A stretch of DNA of 58,349 nt, taken from positions 1 through 58,349 of IMG/VR virus record IMGVR_UViG_3300009001_000013. One strand, 5' to 3'. The notes under the pieces are model-generated. The model was given only the letters and a program-made list of their open reading frames with translations, was not told where the DNA came from and did no database searches. Shown here piece by piece: positions 24,464 to 32,148 of this stretch. This DNA comes from a virus (taxonomy: Duplodnaviria; Caudoviricetes). A program made the position numbers and the translations under genes. Each line of letters starts with the position of its first letter. The first letter of the stretch is position 1.

Positions 24464-24482
24464 CCCACATAATTTAATTGAT

Positions 24483-24698
24483 ATGAGCAAACCATTTGAA
24501 CTTACCACATCAATCATGATGTACGAAAACGGAGAGATAAACGAGGTCAACGATGTGCTTGAGCTGTTCTCCGCACTCATCAAGACCGGGTTGGCTTGGC
24601 AACTCCAAGGCTTCTTCGGAAGGACTGCCCGTCACCTGATTGACATCAACGCAATTGCCGAGGACGGCACAATAATTTACGAGGAACTCCCGTTCTAA
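24483..24698 (+). CDS. Conserved small phage hypothetical protein
   Basis: YENGE...ELFSALIKTGLAWQLQGFFGRTA pattern; its 3' end runs through motif copy 8. Confidence 0.75.
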   Translation: MSKPFELTTSIMMYENGEINEVNDVLELFSALIKTGLAWQLQGFFGRTARHLIDINAIAEDGTIIYEELPF

Positions 24699-24707
24699 CT
24701 ATAGAAA
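24668..24707 (+). promoter_or_regulatory. Early bipartite motif copy 8
   Basis: CACAATAA-N15-CGTTCTAACTATAGAAA. Confidence 0.75.
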
Positions 24708-24724
24708 CGCAAAACAGATTTGAT

Positions 24725-25072
24725 ATGATGACACTCAAAGAGATTAAGGCCACGGCCAAAGAGATGACAGCAAACAAACGAGCAATGAACACTAAACACA
24801 CCCCCGGACCGTGGAAAGCAGCTGAATGCGGCAGTATTGAATTTAAAGATGGTTTTGTGGGCGAGGCCTACGATTACAACCCCGGTCATTACGGAGAAAA
24901 ACAAGAGGAACTGCCGGTAATGGCGAACGCCCGCCTGATGGCCGCCGCGCCTGAATTGTTGGAGGCGTTGAAGAAATTAGCACAACACACCCGCAAAGTG
25001 AACGGTATTTATTCTCCAGAATACAACAAGGCAATATGTTTAGTCAAAAAAATCGAAGGCGATGAAGAATGA
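24725..25072 (+). CDS. HTPGPW...ANARLMAAAPELLEAL family phage protein
   Basis: KHTPGPW and ANARLMAAAPELLEALK motifs. Confidence 0.8.
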   Translation: MMTLKEIKATAKEMTANKRAMNTKHTPGPWKAAECGSIEFKDGFVGEAYDYNPGHYGEKQEELPVMANARLMAAAPELLEALKKLAQHTRKVNGIYSPEYNKAICLVKKIEGDEE

Positions 25073-25310
25073 ACACACGCCCGGGCGGCCGTGGTATTAC
25101 GAGACACAACAATTCAAAGCCGACTTAGTAGCGGCATACACAAATCGTAAGGCTACAACCTGACCAACGAAACTCAAACGTCAGGGCGTAACCTGTCAAG
25201 AATTTACAAGCGAAAATGAACGATTACACAAGCGACTGTTGCGGAGGCAGTCCGTGACTACCTGCGAGACCTGACGCAAAGTGTAAAGGGAAACAGCCTC
25301 AAAGTGTAAA
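25062..25310 (+). pseudogene. Possible gene remnants
   Basis: MKNEHTPGRPWYY...(33 aa, 25062-25163) and MNDYTSDCCGGSP* (25216-25257) look like truncated gene starts. Confidence 0.35.
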
Positions 25311-25326
25311 ACGAATACTTAATATC

Positions 25327-25620
25327 ATGAGCTACGAATCATTTAAGAACAAAGAAACATGGCTCCTCAATGTGTGGGGATACATCGACGAGATTGCCAA
25401 CGAGTGGATAGAAAGCGACCAACCAAACGGAGCACACGTATCAGAAATCTCAGCAGACTACTGCAAAGAAAGCTTCATTGACATGGTGCGGGACACACTA
25501 AAGAAAGTTCCAAACGGAATCATCTCAGACTTCATCGAAGATGCATTGAGCACGATTGATTGGAGGGAGGTAGCAGAAACCGTGAAGGATACTGTACGAG
25601 AGCACAATGATGACCGTTGA
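25327..25620 (+). CDS. Early hypothetical protein
   Basis: N-x-ETW-L-x-N-V-W ... IDWREVA pattern common in phage early genes. Confidence 0.7.
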   Translation: MSYESFKNKETWLLNVWGYIDEIANEWIESDQPNGAHVSEISADYCKESFIDMVRDTLKKVPNGIISDFIEDALSTIDWREVAETVKDTVREHNDDR

Positions 25621-25810
25621 AGACATCAAGAAGAAGTATCTGTTAGGATATCATACCAAGGTGGTGCAGTTGGAATGTATCGAGATGCTTGACAAGGACT
25701 GGGTGAAGATGTTCACCGATGCACTAGAGGAATGTCCTCAAAAGAAAGGTGTGGTATTAGACTGCATCGAGTATAAGTTTAATGAATTAACTAAAAAGAA
25801 AGAGTCATGA
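25607..25810 (+). CDS. Hypothetical protein
   Basis: 67 aa; overlaps both neighbours. Confidence 0.6.
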   Translation: MMTVEDIKKKYLLGYHTKVVQLECIEMLDKDWVKMFTDALEECPQKKGVVLDCIEYKFNELTKKKES

Positions 25811-26031
25811 CAGACAACAATCGAACCTTCAGCCTGAGTTCAAACCCCGGAACCAAGTCCGGTGTACTGCAAATCGAAATCGGTAACACCATACTATCGG
25901 TGACTACCATCGAGGGCATCAATGAGATAGTCGTGTTCAGCAAGGATAGCAAGGACACTATCTCTGAAAAGAAAGCTGTTACGGATTTCAGTGAGGTCAT
26001 CCACATGATATGGAACCTAGAAAAACTCTAG
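25807..26031 (+). CDS. Hypothetical protein
   Basis: 74 aa; ATGA coupling. Confidence 0.6.
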   Translation: MTDNNRTFSLSSNPGTKSGVLQIEIGNTILSVTTIEGINEIVVFSKDSKDTISEKKAVTDFSEVIHMIWNLEKL

Positions 26032-26037
26032 GCCATG

Positions 26038-26076
26038 TACAATAAAGGCAAAGACGACACGTTAGTATGTGTAGGA
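26038..26076 (+). promoter_or_regulatory. Early bipartite motif copy 9 (variant)
   Basis: TACAATAA-N14-CGTTAGTATGTGTAGGA, heading the recombination/replication genes. Confidence 0.55.
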
Positions 26077-26120
26077 TGGCTCGGAGTCATCATCAGTTTA
26101 ATCATCATAATTCTAGTCAC

Positions 26121-26336
26121 ATGAAGATGCAAGAAAAAATCGGTGGGCTGTCCGTAACACGCCAATTCCAACTCCACGACAGGGAGACTGTATGTAAGCT
26201 GTTCCTTAACATCTGCAGGCAGTACGACCTCGGCAACATGACCGAAGGTGAGTTTGTTCAGAAATGCATGACGCTCAACGACGATGCGGAAAACTTAGGC
26301 ATCATTGATGACCCTCTAACTGCTTGGGAATCATGA
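26121..26336 (+). CDS. Hypothetical protein
   Basis: ATG 26121 (MKMQEK) preferred because the track start lies inside motif copy 9. Confidence 0.55.
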   Translation: MKMQEKIGGLSVTRQFQLHDRETVCKLFLNICRQYDLGNMTEGEFVQKCMTLNDDAENLGIIDDPLTAWES

Positions 26337-26596
26337 GCGCAAGCAAAATGTTTAAAACTTTGTGCGCTAATCTGTTGAAAAGCTCACGAAAAACCTCGAA
26401 CTTCGCCCAACAAGCAAACGCTGAACGTGAAGCCTACAAGAACCTGATAAGGCAACAGAGCGTATTGTTAGATGAGTACGAAGACTTACTTAAAGCCTAT
26501 GAAAAGAACGACGAAGAAGGCACTGATAGCAATGCCCCTTCTGATACTAGCAGCACTAGTTCAGCCGATAGTATTCCTGCAAAGGAGAATGCTTAA
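26333..26596 (+). CDS. Hypothetical coiled-coil protein
   Basis: ATGA coupling at 26333. Confidence 0.55.
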   Translation: MSASKMFKTLCANLLKSSRKTSNFAQQANAEREAYKNLIRQQSVLLDEYEDLLKAYEKNDEEGTDSNAPSDTSSTSSADSIPAKENA

Positions 26597-26624
26597 ATCA
26601 ATCCTAGAGTTTATTGAATCCTAA
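26499..26624 (+). CDS. Candidate overlapping 41-aa membrane peptide
   Basis: MKRTTKKALIAMPLLILAALVQPIVFLQRRMLKSILEFIES: basic N-terminus and hydrophobic core; ends 11 nt before the next gene. Confidence 0.4.
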   Translation: MKRTTKKALIAMPLLILAALVQPIVFLQRRMLKSILEFIES

Positions 26625-26635
26625 ATATCAGTTAA

Positions 26636-27181
26636 ATGGAACACAAGTTTAAAACCCTCAACATTCGTGGTAAGAATTACGTTGAAGTCCACGAACGTAT
26701 CAAATTCTTCCGGCAAGAAAACCAGTACAAGAACTGGACTATCTCAACGGAAGTAACCATGACAGATGACAGAGAAGAGTGCATCTGTAAGTGCATCATC
26801 GGAGATACAGAGCAACGTGTGATTGCCACAGGTCATGCACATGAGGTCAAGGCATCAAGCAACATCAACAAGACATCCTTCATTGAGAACTGCGAGACAT
26901 CAGCAGTAGGACGTGCACTAGCTATGCTCGGAATTGGCATCGACACTAGCATCGCTTCAGCCAATGAGGTTAAGGATGCAATTAAGAAGCAAAATGCTGA
27001 CAAACCAAGCAAACCCAGCGAGCCAACAGCTAACAACAGCAAGCAGGATTACGACAAGGCTGTTACTTTCCTGAAGAATTCTAAAGACCGAGCAGAGGCT
27101 TGGACTAAGATTGAGAAGCAGTGTAAGACTAAGTTTGATGAGGAGCAATACAACAAGCTCGTCGAATACGTCAACGGATAA
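26636..27181 (+). CDS. Single-strand annealing protein (Rad52/Sak-like)
   Basis: IRGKNYVEVHERI...ATGHAHE...SFIENCETSAVGRALAMLGIG; next to an exonuclease. Confidence 0.7.
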   Translation: MEHKFKTLNIRGKNYVEVHERIKFFRQENQYKNWTISTEVTMTDDREECICKCIIGDTEQRVIATGHAHEVKASSNINKTSFIENCETSAVGRALAMLGIGIDTSIASANEVKDAIKKQNADKPSKPSEPTANNSKQDYDKAVTFLKNSKDRAEAWTKIEKQCKTKFDEEQYNKLVEYVNG

Positions 27182-27945
27182 TGCTGAGTATCAAATTAGC
27201 TGAAGCTGTAGGCAAGGGGCATCTCTCATACAGCTCTATCAAGTACGCACTTCAAGACATGAAGTTGTGGGAGATGTACATGAGAGGACAGCTCTTCAAG
27301 GAGAGCGATGCGCTGACCTTCGGGAGTATGTACGACTGCCTCCTGTTCACACCTGAAGAGTTCGAGAAGCAATTCATGGTGATTGACGACGAGAAGAAGT
27401 GCGCAGAGATTGGTGGCCGTGCACCACGAATGACCAACAAGTACAAGGAGTGGGTCAAGCAGTGGGAAGATGACGCCGAAGAGAAAGGAGTAAAGCTCAT
27501 CGGGATTCAAGACTACAAGAAAGCCCACGAGATGATTGACAGACTAAAGGTTAGTGGTGTGCTTGAGCAATACCTCATCGGCGACTACCAACACGAGTTC
27601 AATCAAGAGATAAACGGTATTCCTGTTCGAGGATTCCTCGATTGCTTGAACAAGGAATACATAAGCGACCACAAGACTACCCGTAGTCTGTCTTCATTCA
27701 GGTACGCTGTTAAAGATTATGGCTACGACATTCAAGCCTACATCTACTGCACTGTACTCGGACTTGACAAGTTCTATTGGGTAGCGCAAGAGAAAGCTTA
27801 CCCGTATGCCATCGGTGTATTCGAGGCAAGCGAAGAGACCCTTGAACGGGGCAAAGAAAAGTTTGATACAGCTGTTGACCGAATCAATACGTACTTGGAC
27901 AACAACATTCAGACTGATACGTTCTACATTAAATCAATCATCTGA
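27181..27945 (+). CDS. PD-(D/E)xK exonuclease (RecE/ExoVIII-like, DUF3799)
   Basis: LSYSSIK, ALTFGS, VRGFLD, SDHKTT, YGYDIQAYIY, VAQEK..PY. Confidence 0.85.
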   Translation: MLSIKLAEAVGKGHLSYSSIKYALQDMKLWEMYMRGQLFKESDALTFGSMYDCLLFTPEEFEKQFMVIDDEKKCAEIGGRAPRMTNKYKEWVKQWEDDAEEKGVKLIGIQDYKKAHEMIDRLKVSGVLEQYLIGDYQHEFNQEINGIPVRGFLDCLNKEYISDHKTTRSLSSFRYAVKDYGYDIQAYIYCTVLGLDKFYWVAQEKAYPYAIGVFEASEETLERGKEKFDTAVDRINTYLDNNIQTDTFYIKSII

Positions 27946-28217
27946 TGACACCACATGAATTCATAACCAAAGCGAGCCTTCATTTCGGCTCAGACATGGG
28001 CCAGAAGTGCAAGTTTGGCGGAGCTACCTTTGATGAGCGGTGCATGACTGCTTACTACGCAATCAAGGAACTGCATATGCCTTACAAAGACCTTGCTAAG
28101 GTTATGAATTCTGACAACATTGAACTACGTTTGATGTGGTTGTTCGCAGAGGGTAACATGGGAGTTGTACAATCCCGCAACCGGTACATAAAATTTAATC
28201 AATCCTTTAATTCATAA
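27945..28217 (+). CDS. Hypothetical protein, weak DnaA domain IV-like HTH
   Basis: ERCMTAYYAIKELHMPYKDLAKVMN resembles DnaA R-x-x-A-M-Y-L-x-R-E-L...I-G. Confidence 0.5.
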   Translation: MTPHEFITKASLHFGSDMGQKCKFGGATFDERCMTAYYAIKELHMPYKDLAKVMNSDNIELRLMWLFAEGNMGVVQSRNRYIKFNQSFNS

Positions 28218-28221
28218 AGCC

Positions 28222-28485
28222 ATGGCTGATAACAGCAACAACGTGTATGTGGGGTACACTGAATCCCCACGAGTAACTCAGAAGATTAGCTTCACCTTGG
28301 AGGAGCTTGACAACCTGAAGCAGTATGCTACCTCAAAAGGTCGCGTGTATATCGAAGTCGTGTCTCGTCCTGACCGAGAAGACAATCGTAGAATGAAAGT
28401 ATTCTGCTCTGTCTACGACCCGAACGCACCGAAGGAGCAGCAACGTGCGTTGAACAAGCAGACATCCAACGAAGTACCCTTCTAA
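28222..28485 (+). CDS. Probable single-stranded DNA-binding protein
   Basis: Small beta-rich protein ending EVPF (SSB-type C-terminal tail) in the SSAP/exonuclease operon. Confidence 0.6.
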   Translation: MADNSNNVYVGYTESPRVTQKISFTLEELDNLKQYATSKGRVYIEVVSRPDREDNRRMKVFCSVYDPNAPKEQQRALNKQTSNEVPF

Positions 28486-28573
28486 GGATAGCAGGTAGGA
28501 AAGGTTTCTTGTTTTCCCTTTCCTGAGAGGGAGGTTGTTCGGCAATTTGGAATAATGTCAGCCTCCCTCGTAT

Positions 28574-28647
28574 GCTCCCGTAGCTCAGTTGGACAGAGCA
28601 TTTGCCTTCTAAGCAAACGGTCACAGGTTCGAATCCTGTCGGGAGTA
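28574..28647 (+). tRNA. tRNA-Arg (anticodon TCT)
   Basis: GCTCCCG/CGGGAGT acceptor, D-arm GCTC-AGTTGGACA-GAGC, anticodon arm TTTGC-CTTCTAA-GCAAA, T-arm ACAGG-TTCGAAT-CCTGT; CCA not encoded. Confidence 0.95.
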
Positions 28648-28730
28648 CAAACCCATCGTTATATGCTTAAGCATTCATGATGTAGCAATATTGCATCATT
28701 ATACGCCTAAACAGTCATTAATGATTCAAA

Positions 28731-28993
28731 ATCCCATCACCTTCCATGCATAGCTTACGCCGTAATTAAACTCAACCTTGTCGGGTGAGGTGGGATAACC
28801 AGTCTAGCTCCTTGTGGCCTGCATGGTAGGGTCACTAGATTAACTCTACTTGGAGCGACATGATTAAATCGGGGGCGTAGTGTGAAGGACATTGCCCGTT
28901 ATGGTTATCAAAGACTGACTGCTGGAAAGACAGCGTGTATTCCTACACTCGGGGGGAGTTAGAGGTCGTCCACCTCAGTATTCAGCTCCCCCC
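28731..28993 (+). ncRNA. Candidate structured ncRNA(s) downstream of the tRNA
   Basis: ORF-free region with five consecutive stem-loops or junctions. Confidence 0.45.
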
Positions 28994-29031
28994 ACCGTAG
29001 GATAAAATTGAATTAATTAAACCACAGATAG

Positions 29032-29616
29032 ATGAACATCTTTCAAGACACACTTGACGAGTACTGCCTTCAGATTGGACACAAGCCTGAGAGAAACAGA
29101 CTCAGGCACAACGTAGAAATGCGAGCGGCATTTGCCAATGGGGTCAACCCATTCTTTCATCACGCAGATATAGCTCACCTGTTTGGGTTGGAGCGAACGA
29201 GCGTGTATCACTACATCCGTAGCCACGAGACATACTATATGTCCAGCCCTGACTACCGTAAATGGTTTGCTATTGCATCACAGATTGTGGAGGAGAAAGT
29301 AGATAAAAAAGTACCTTTGCGTGTAAGGCCACAAGGCAAAAACAAAATCAACACGCATGAGCAAATTGACACCATCAAAAGGACTATCGAAGTCCTCGAA
29401 AGATTCCTTGAAAGATTCCAAATCAAAGTCACAGGACGTAAGGCCAAGTCACTACAAGACTGCGGGCAAGGAGGTGTACGAAATGATGAAGGACATCTGG
29501 GGGGAGGAGAAGTACATAGCGTTCTGCGAGATGAACAGCTTCAAGTACAGAATGAGGGCGGGCAAGAAGGAAGGCCAGCCATTGGAGACGGACATCGCGA
29601 AGGCGCAGTGGTATGA
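29032..29616 (+). CDS. HTH protein, DnaA domain IV-like
   Basis: RLRHNVEMRAAF...HADIAHLFGLERTSVYHYIRSH resembles the DnaA C-terminal HTH. Confidence 0.6.
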   Translation: MNIFQDTLDEYCLQIGHKPERNRLRHNVEMRAAFANGVNPFFHHADIAHLFGLERTSVYHYIRSHETYYMSSPDYRKWFAIASQIVEEKVDKKVPLRVRPQGKNKINTHEQIDTIKRTIEVLERFLERFQIKVTGRKAKSLQDCGQGGVRNDEGHLGGGEVHSVLRDEQLQVQNEGGQEGRPAIGDGHREGAVV

Positions 29617-29731
29617 ACAACAAGTAGAATCCCTGCGCAATGGAAAACAAGAGAGTAACAATTTACCCAACAATATATCGCACACAGGAAGCTCACATTA
29701 CGACGTTAGAGTATGTTCTAACGAGGATTAA
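29357..29731 (+). CDS. DUF3310 (SaV / T7 gp1.7-like) protein
   Basis: DVRPSHYK...EV.E.M...AFCEMNSFKYRMRAGKK...DIAKAQWY signature. Confidence 0.85.
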   Translation: MSKLTPSKGLSKSSKDSLKDSKSKSQDVRPSHYKTAGKEVYEMMKDIWGEEKYIAFCEMNSFKYRMRAGKKEGQPLETDIAKAQWYEQQVESLRNGKQESNNLPNNISHTGSSHYDVRVCSNED

Positions 29732-31436
29732 GGAGGGCAAGTCTCAGCCACGTGTTGAGGCTATCCGAAGTGGCGATAAGAAAGCTAAGCAGGAGCTTCC
29801 AGCTGTCTGCTTTAGTGGTGTGTTCTCCGATGGTGTTCGGAGTGACGAAACCTTGAAGTATCATAGTGGTCTTATCGTACTAGACTTTGACCACGTAGAT
29901 TCAGAGCGAGTAAAGTCGGCACTAGCCGGTGACAAGTACGTCATGTCCTGCTGGATATCACCAAGCGGTGACGGAGTCAAGGCATTGGTAGAGGTAACGA
30001 ATACGGAAAGGCATCGTGACCACTATCGTTCTCTTCGTGCATACTTTGACGACCAGTATGGGCTGGAGCTTGACAAGACAGGTGAGAATGAATCACGCGC
30101 TTGCTTTGAATCCTATGACCCGCAAATTGTAATCAAGGAGGAGTACGAGCGATACGGCGGCATGCTGTCTGAACGTTCAGAGAACCAGCAACTTCCAGAG
30201 CTTGGTGGTAAGACAGACTTCAGTAAGATTAATACTGCTGCTAGGATGATTGCCAAGGCTAATGATGGAGAGAAGCATCATATACTAGCAAAAGCCTCTA
30301 CTTTGATGGGAGGATTCATCGCGAGCGGTATCGTCGAAGAGGACGTAGCTCGATGGGTTCTTCAAAGGGAGATAGAGAAGCGAAATCCAAAAGACCTTGA
30401 CGGTGCGCTCAAGACTATTGACGATGGCATCAACAACGGCAAGAACCAACCCATTGGCGAGACGCTAAACGATGAGGAGAGGTTCAAGCGTGAGATGAAG
30501 CTGAATGATGGGGACATGTCCTTCATATCCAGTGATGATATTGATTACGATTGGATTGAGGAGTATGTGTATGGCAACATCCCTCTTGGGATGACTACTG
30601 GTAACTCGCGTGTCGATGAATACTTTGTGTTCAAGAAGGAGTTCGTCATGATTAACGGACACAGTAACATTGGTAAGACTACGTTTGCCTTGTGGATGCT
30701 CGTGGCTAGCGCGATGAACCATGATTGGAGGTGGGTAATCTACAGTGCTGAGAACAGAACAGCGGCAATCAAGATGAAGCTGATGACCTTTGCATTGAAT
30801 AAGAAGATGACTAGCACCACACATCAAGAGCGCAAGGCTGCTCGCAAGTGGGTAGAAGAACACTTCATTGTCATTGACAACAGCAAGACGTATAGCTACA
30901 TGGATGTTATTCTTTTCTGTGAGAAGGTGCACAGGCAGCAACCCATTGACGGTTTGTTTGTTGACCCTTACAACAGCCTCAAGACAGAGATGAGTTCAGG
31001 TCGTGGTATTGGTATGCACGAGTATCATTACGAAGCTGCATCAGAGTTCCTGACCTTCAGCAACAACATGAGTGTAGCTGTATGGGTGAACGCCCACAGC
31101 ATCACTGAGAGTCAGCGTAGAAAGGGCGACGATGGTTTACAGATAGCTCCATACGCAGAGGACACAGAACACGGCGGCAAGTGGGTGAACCGTGCTGATT
31201 GTTTTATCACCTTACACAGAAAGATTCAGCACCACGATGCAATTCAAAGGCGATGCGTAGAGATGCACGTTCGCAAGGTGAGGGAGGTTGATACAGGCGG
31301 TAAGCCCACCCCATTCCTTGAACCATTGATGTTCGAGTTCAACTCAACGCAATCAGGGTTTGGCTTAGCTGGCCCGGAGCCTAAGTTGTTCCCAACACTT
31401 AGTGAAAAACTTGTTGGTAAACAAAGTGAGATATGA
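29640..31436 (+). CDS. Primase-helicase (BT4734/VirE-N primase-like domain + DnaB-like SF4 helicase)
   Basis: LPAVCFSG, HSGLIVLDFDH, ISPSGDGVK; Walker A GHSNIGKT, YSAEN, FVDPYN, VRKVR. Confidence 0.88.
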   Translation: MENKRVTIYPTIYRTQEAHITTLEYVLTRIKEGKSQPRVEAIRSGDKKAKQELPAVCFSGVFSDGVRSDETLKYHSGLIVLDFDHVDSERVKSALAGDKYVMSCWISPSGDGVKALVEVTNTERHRDHYRSLRAYFDDQYGLELDKTGENESRACFESYDPQIVIKEEYERYGGMLSERSENQQLPELGGKTDFSKINTAARMIAKANDGEKHHILAKASTLMGGFIASGIVEEDVARWVLQREIEKRNPKDLDGALKTIDDGINNGKNQPIGETLNDEERFKREMKLNDGDMSFISSDDIDYDWIEEYVYGNIPLGMTTGNSRVDEYFVFKKEFVMINGHSNIGKTTFALWMLVASAMNHDWRWVIYSAENRTAAIKMKLMTFALNKKMTSTTHQERKAARKWVEEHFIVIDNSKTYSYMDVILFCEKVHRQQPIDGLFVDPYNSLKTEMSSGRGIGMHEYHYEAASEFLTFSNNMSVAVWVNAHSITESQRRKGDDGLQIAPYAEDTEHGGKWVNRADCFITLHRKIQHHDAIQRRCVEMHVRKVREVDTGGKPTPFLEPLMFEFNSTQSGFGLAGPEPKLFPTLSEKLVGKQSEI

Positions 31437-31460
31437 TTTGACCGCTTCGTAAATTGTATC

Positions 31461-31934
31461 ATGGCTATTCGCAGAAGAAAGAACCTGACGAAGCCACTGA
31501 AGGGGAGAAAGAAAAGAGACCTCAGCAGAGGCAAAGTAAAGCTTAAGTCAACCCTTGAGACTTACTGCTACGACCAGCTTAAAGAAGCAAAGCTAAAGTT
31601 CGAATACGAGTCCGAAACGTTTCAGTTGGTGGACTCGTTTCGGTATCCGGGTATTTACTACAAGTCAACCAGAGGCAAGGATGTAATGAGCGACGCTACC
31701 AACAAGGTGGTGTTAGCAATTAAGTACACCCCAGACTTCATTAGTCACGAGCATAGGTTTATCATTGAAACCAAAGGATACGTTCCATCCCAGCACACCT
31801 TTCCGTTGAGGTGGAAGCTGTTCCTAAAGTACATGCACGACAATGATATGGATGACTACATGCTATTCATTCCGAAGAACAAAAAACAGGTAGACCACAC
31901 CATTGAAATCATAAAATCCCACATCAATGACTGA
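31461..31934 (+). CDS. Endonuclease I-like / DUF1064-type PD-(D/E)xK nuclease (possible resolvase)
   Basis: KSTLE, FEYESETF, YTPDF, IIETKG. Confidence 0.8.
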   Translation: MAIRRRKNLTKPLKGRKKRDLSRGKVKLKSTLETYCYDQLKEAKLKFEYESETFQLVDSFRYPGIYYKSTRGKDVMSDATNKVVLAIKYTPDFISHEHRFIIETKGYVPSQHTFPLRWKLFLKYMHDNDMDDYMLFIPKNKKQVDHTIEIIKSHIND

Positions 31935-32148
31935 GCAGAAACTCAGTGAGCTTTACCACTACGCAACGGATGAGATACATAAGTTGACCGCCGAGCTGTA
32001 CGAAGAGCTGCACACAGATAAAGGCAGTCCGGAAAAGGACTGGCCTCTTACCCTTGAGAACGTAAGGAACTACAAGAAGGCTGTCATCATGGAGCTTGAG
32101 TCAATTAAGCACGCACTGAAGGAATTTAATGAACAGCAGCTACCCTGA
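31927..32148 (+). CDS. Hypothetical protein
   Basis: 73-aa helical ORF overlapping both neighbours. Confidence 0.6.
   Translation: MTEQKLSELYHYATDEIHKLTAELYEELHTDKGSPEKDWPLTLENVRNYKKAVIMELESIKHALKEFNEQQLP

Noticed and set aside
25216-25620. TGA read-through joining MNDYTSDCCGGSP to ORF 25327 (same frame)
   Set aside because: A one-in-three chance coincidence; the intervening translation has no motif and ORF 25327 has its own A-rich start.
20255-26076. Early repeats as a CRISPR array or integron attC sites
   Set aside because: Units are separated by whole genes and have a variable internal spacer; the TAAC...GTTA inverted repeat occurs in only two copies; no cas or tyrosine integrase gene is present.
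28574-28647. tRNA as a prophage attachment site
   Set aside because: No integrase, no duplicated tRNA 3' end and no host genes; phage genes flank both sides.
28648-28730. Theta (HDV-like) ribozyme at the tRNA 3' end
   Set aside because: The trailer starts CAAACCC, is AT-rich, and I could not build the nested double pseudoknot.
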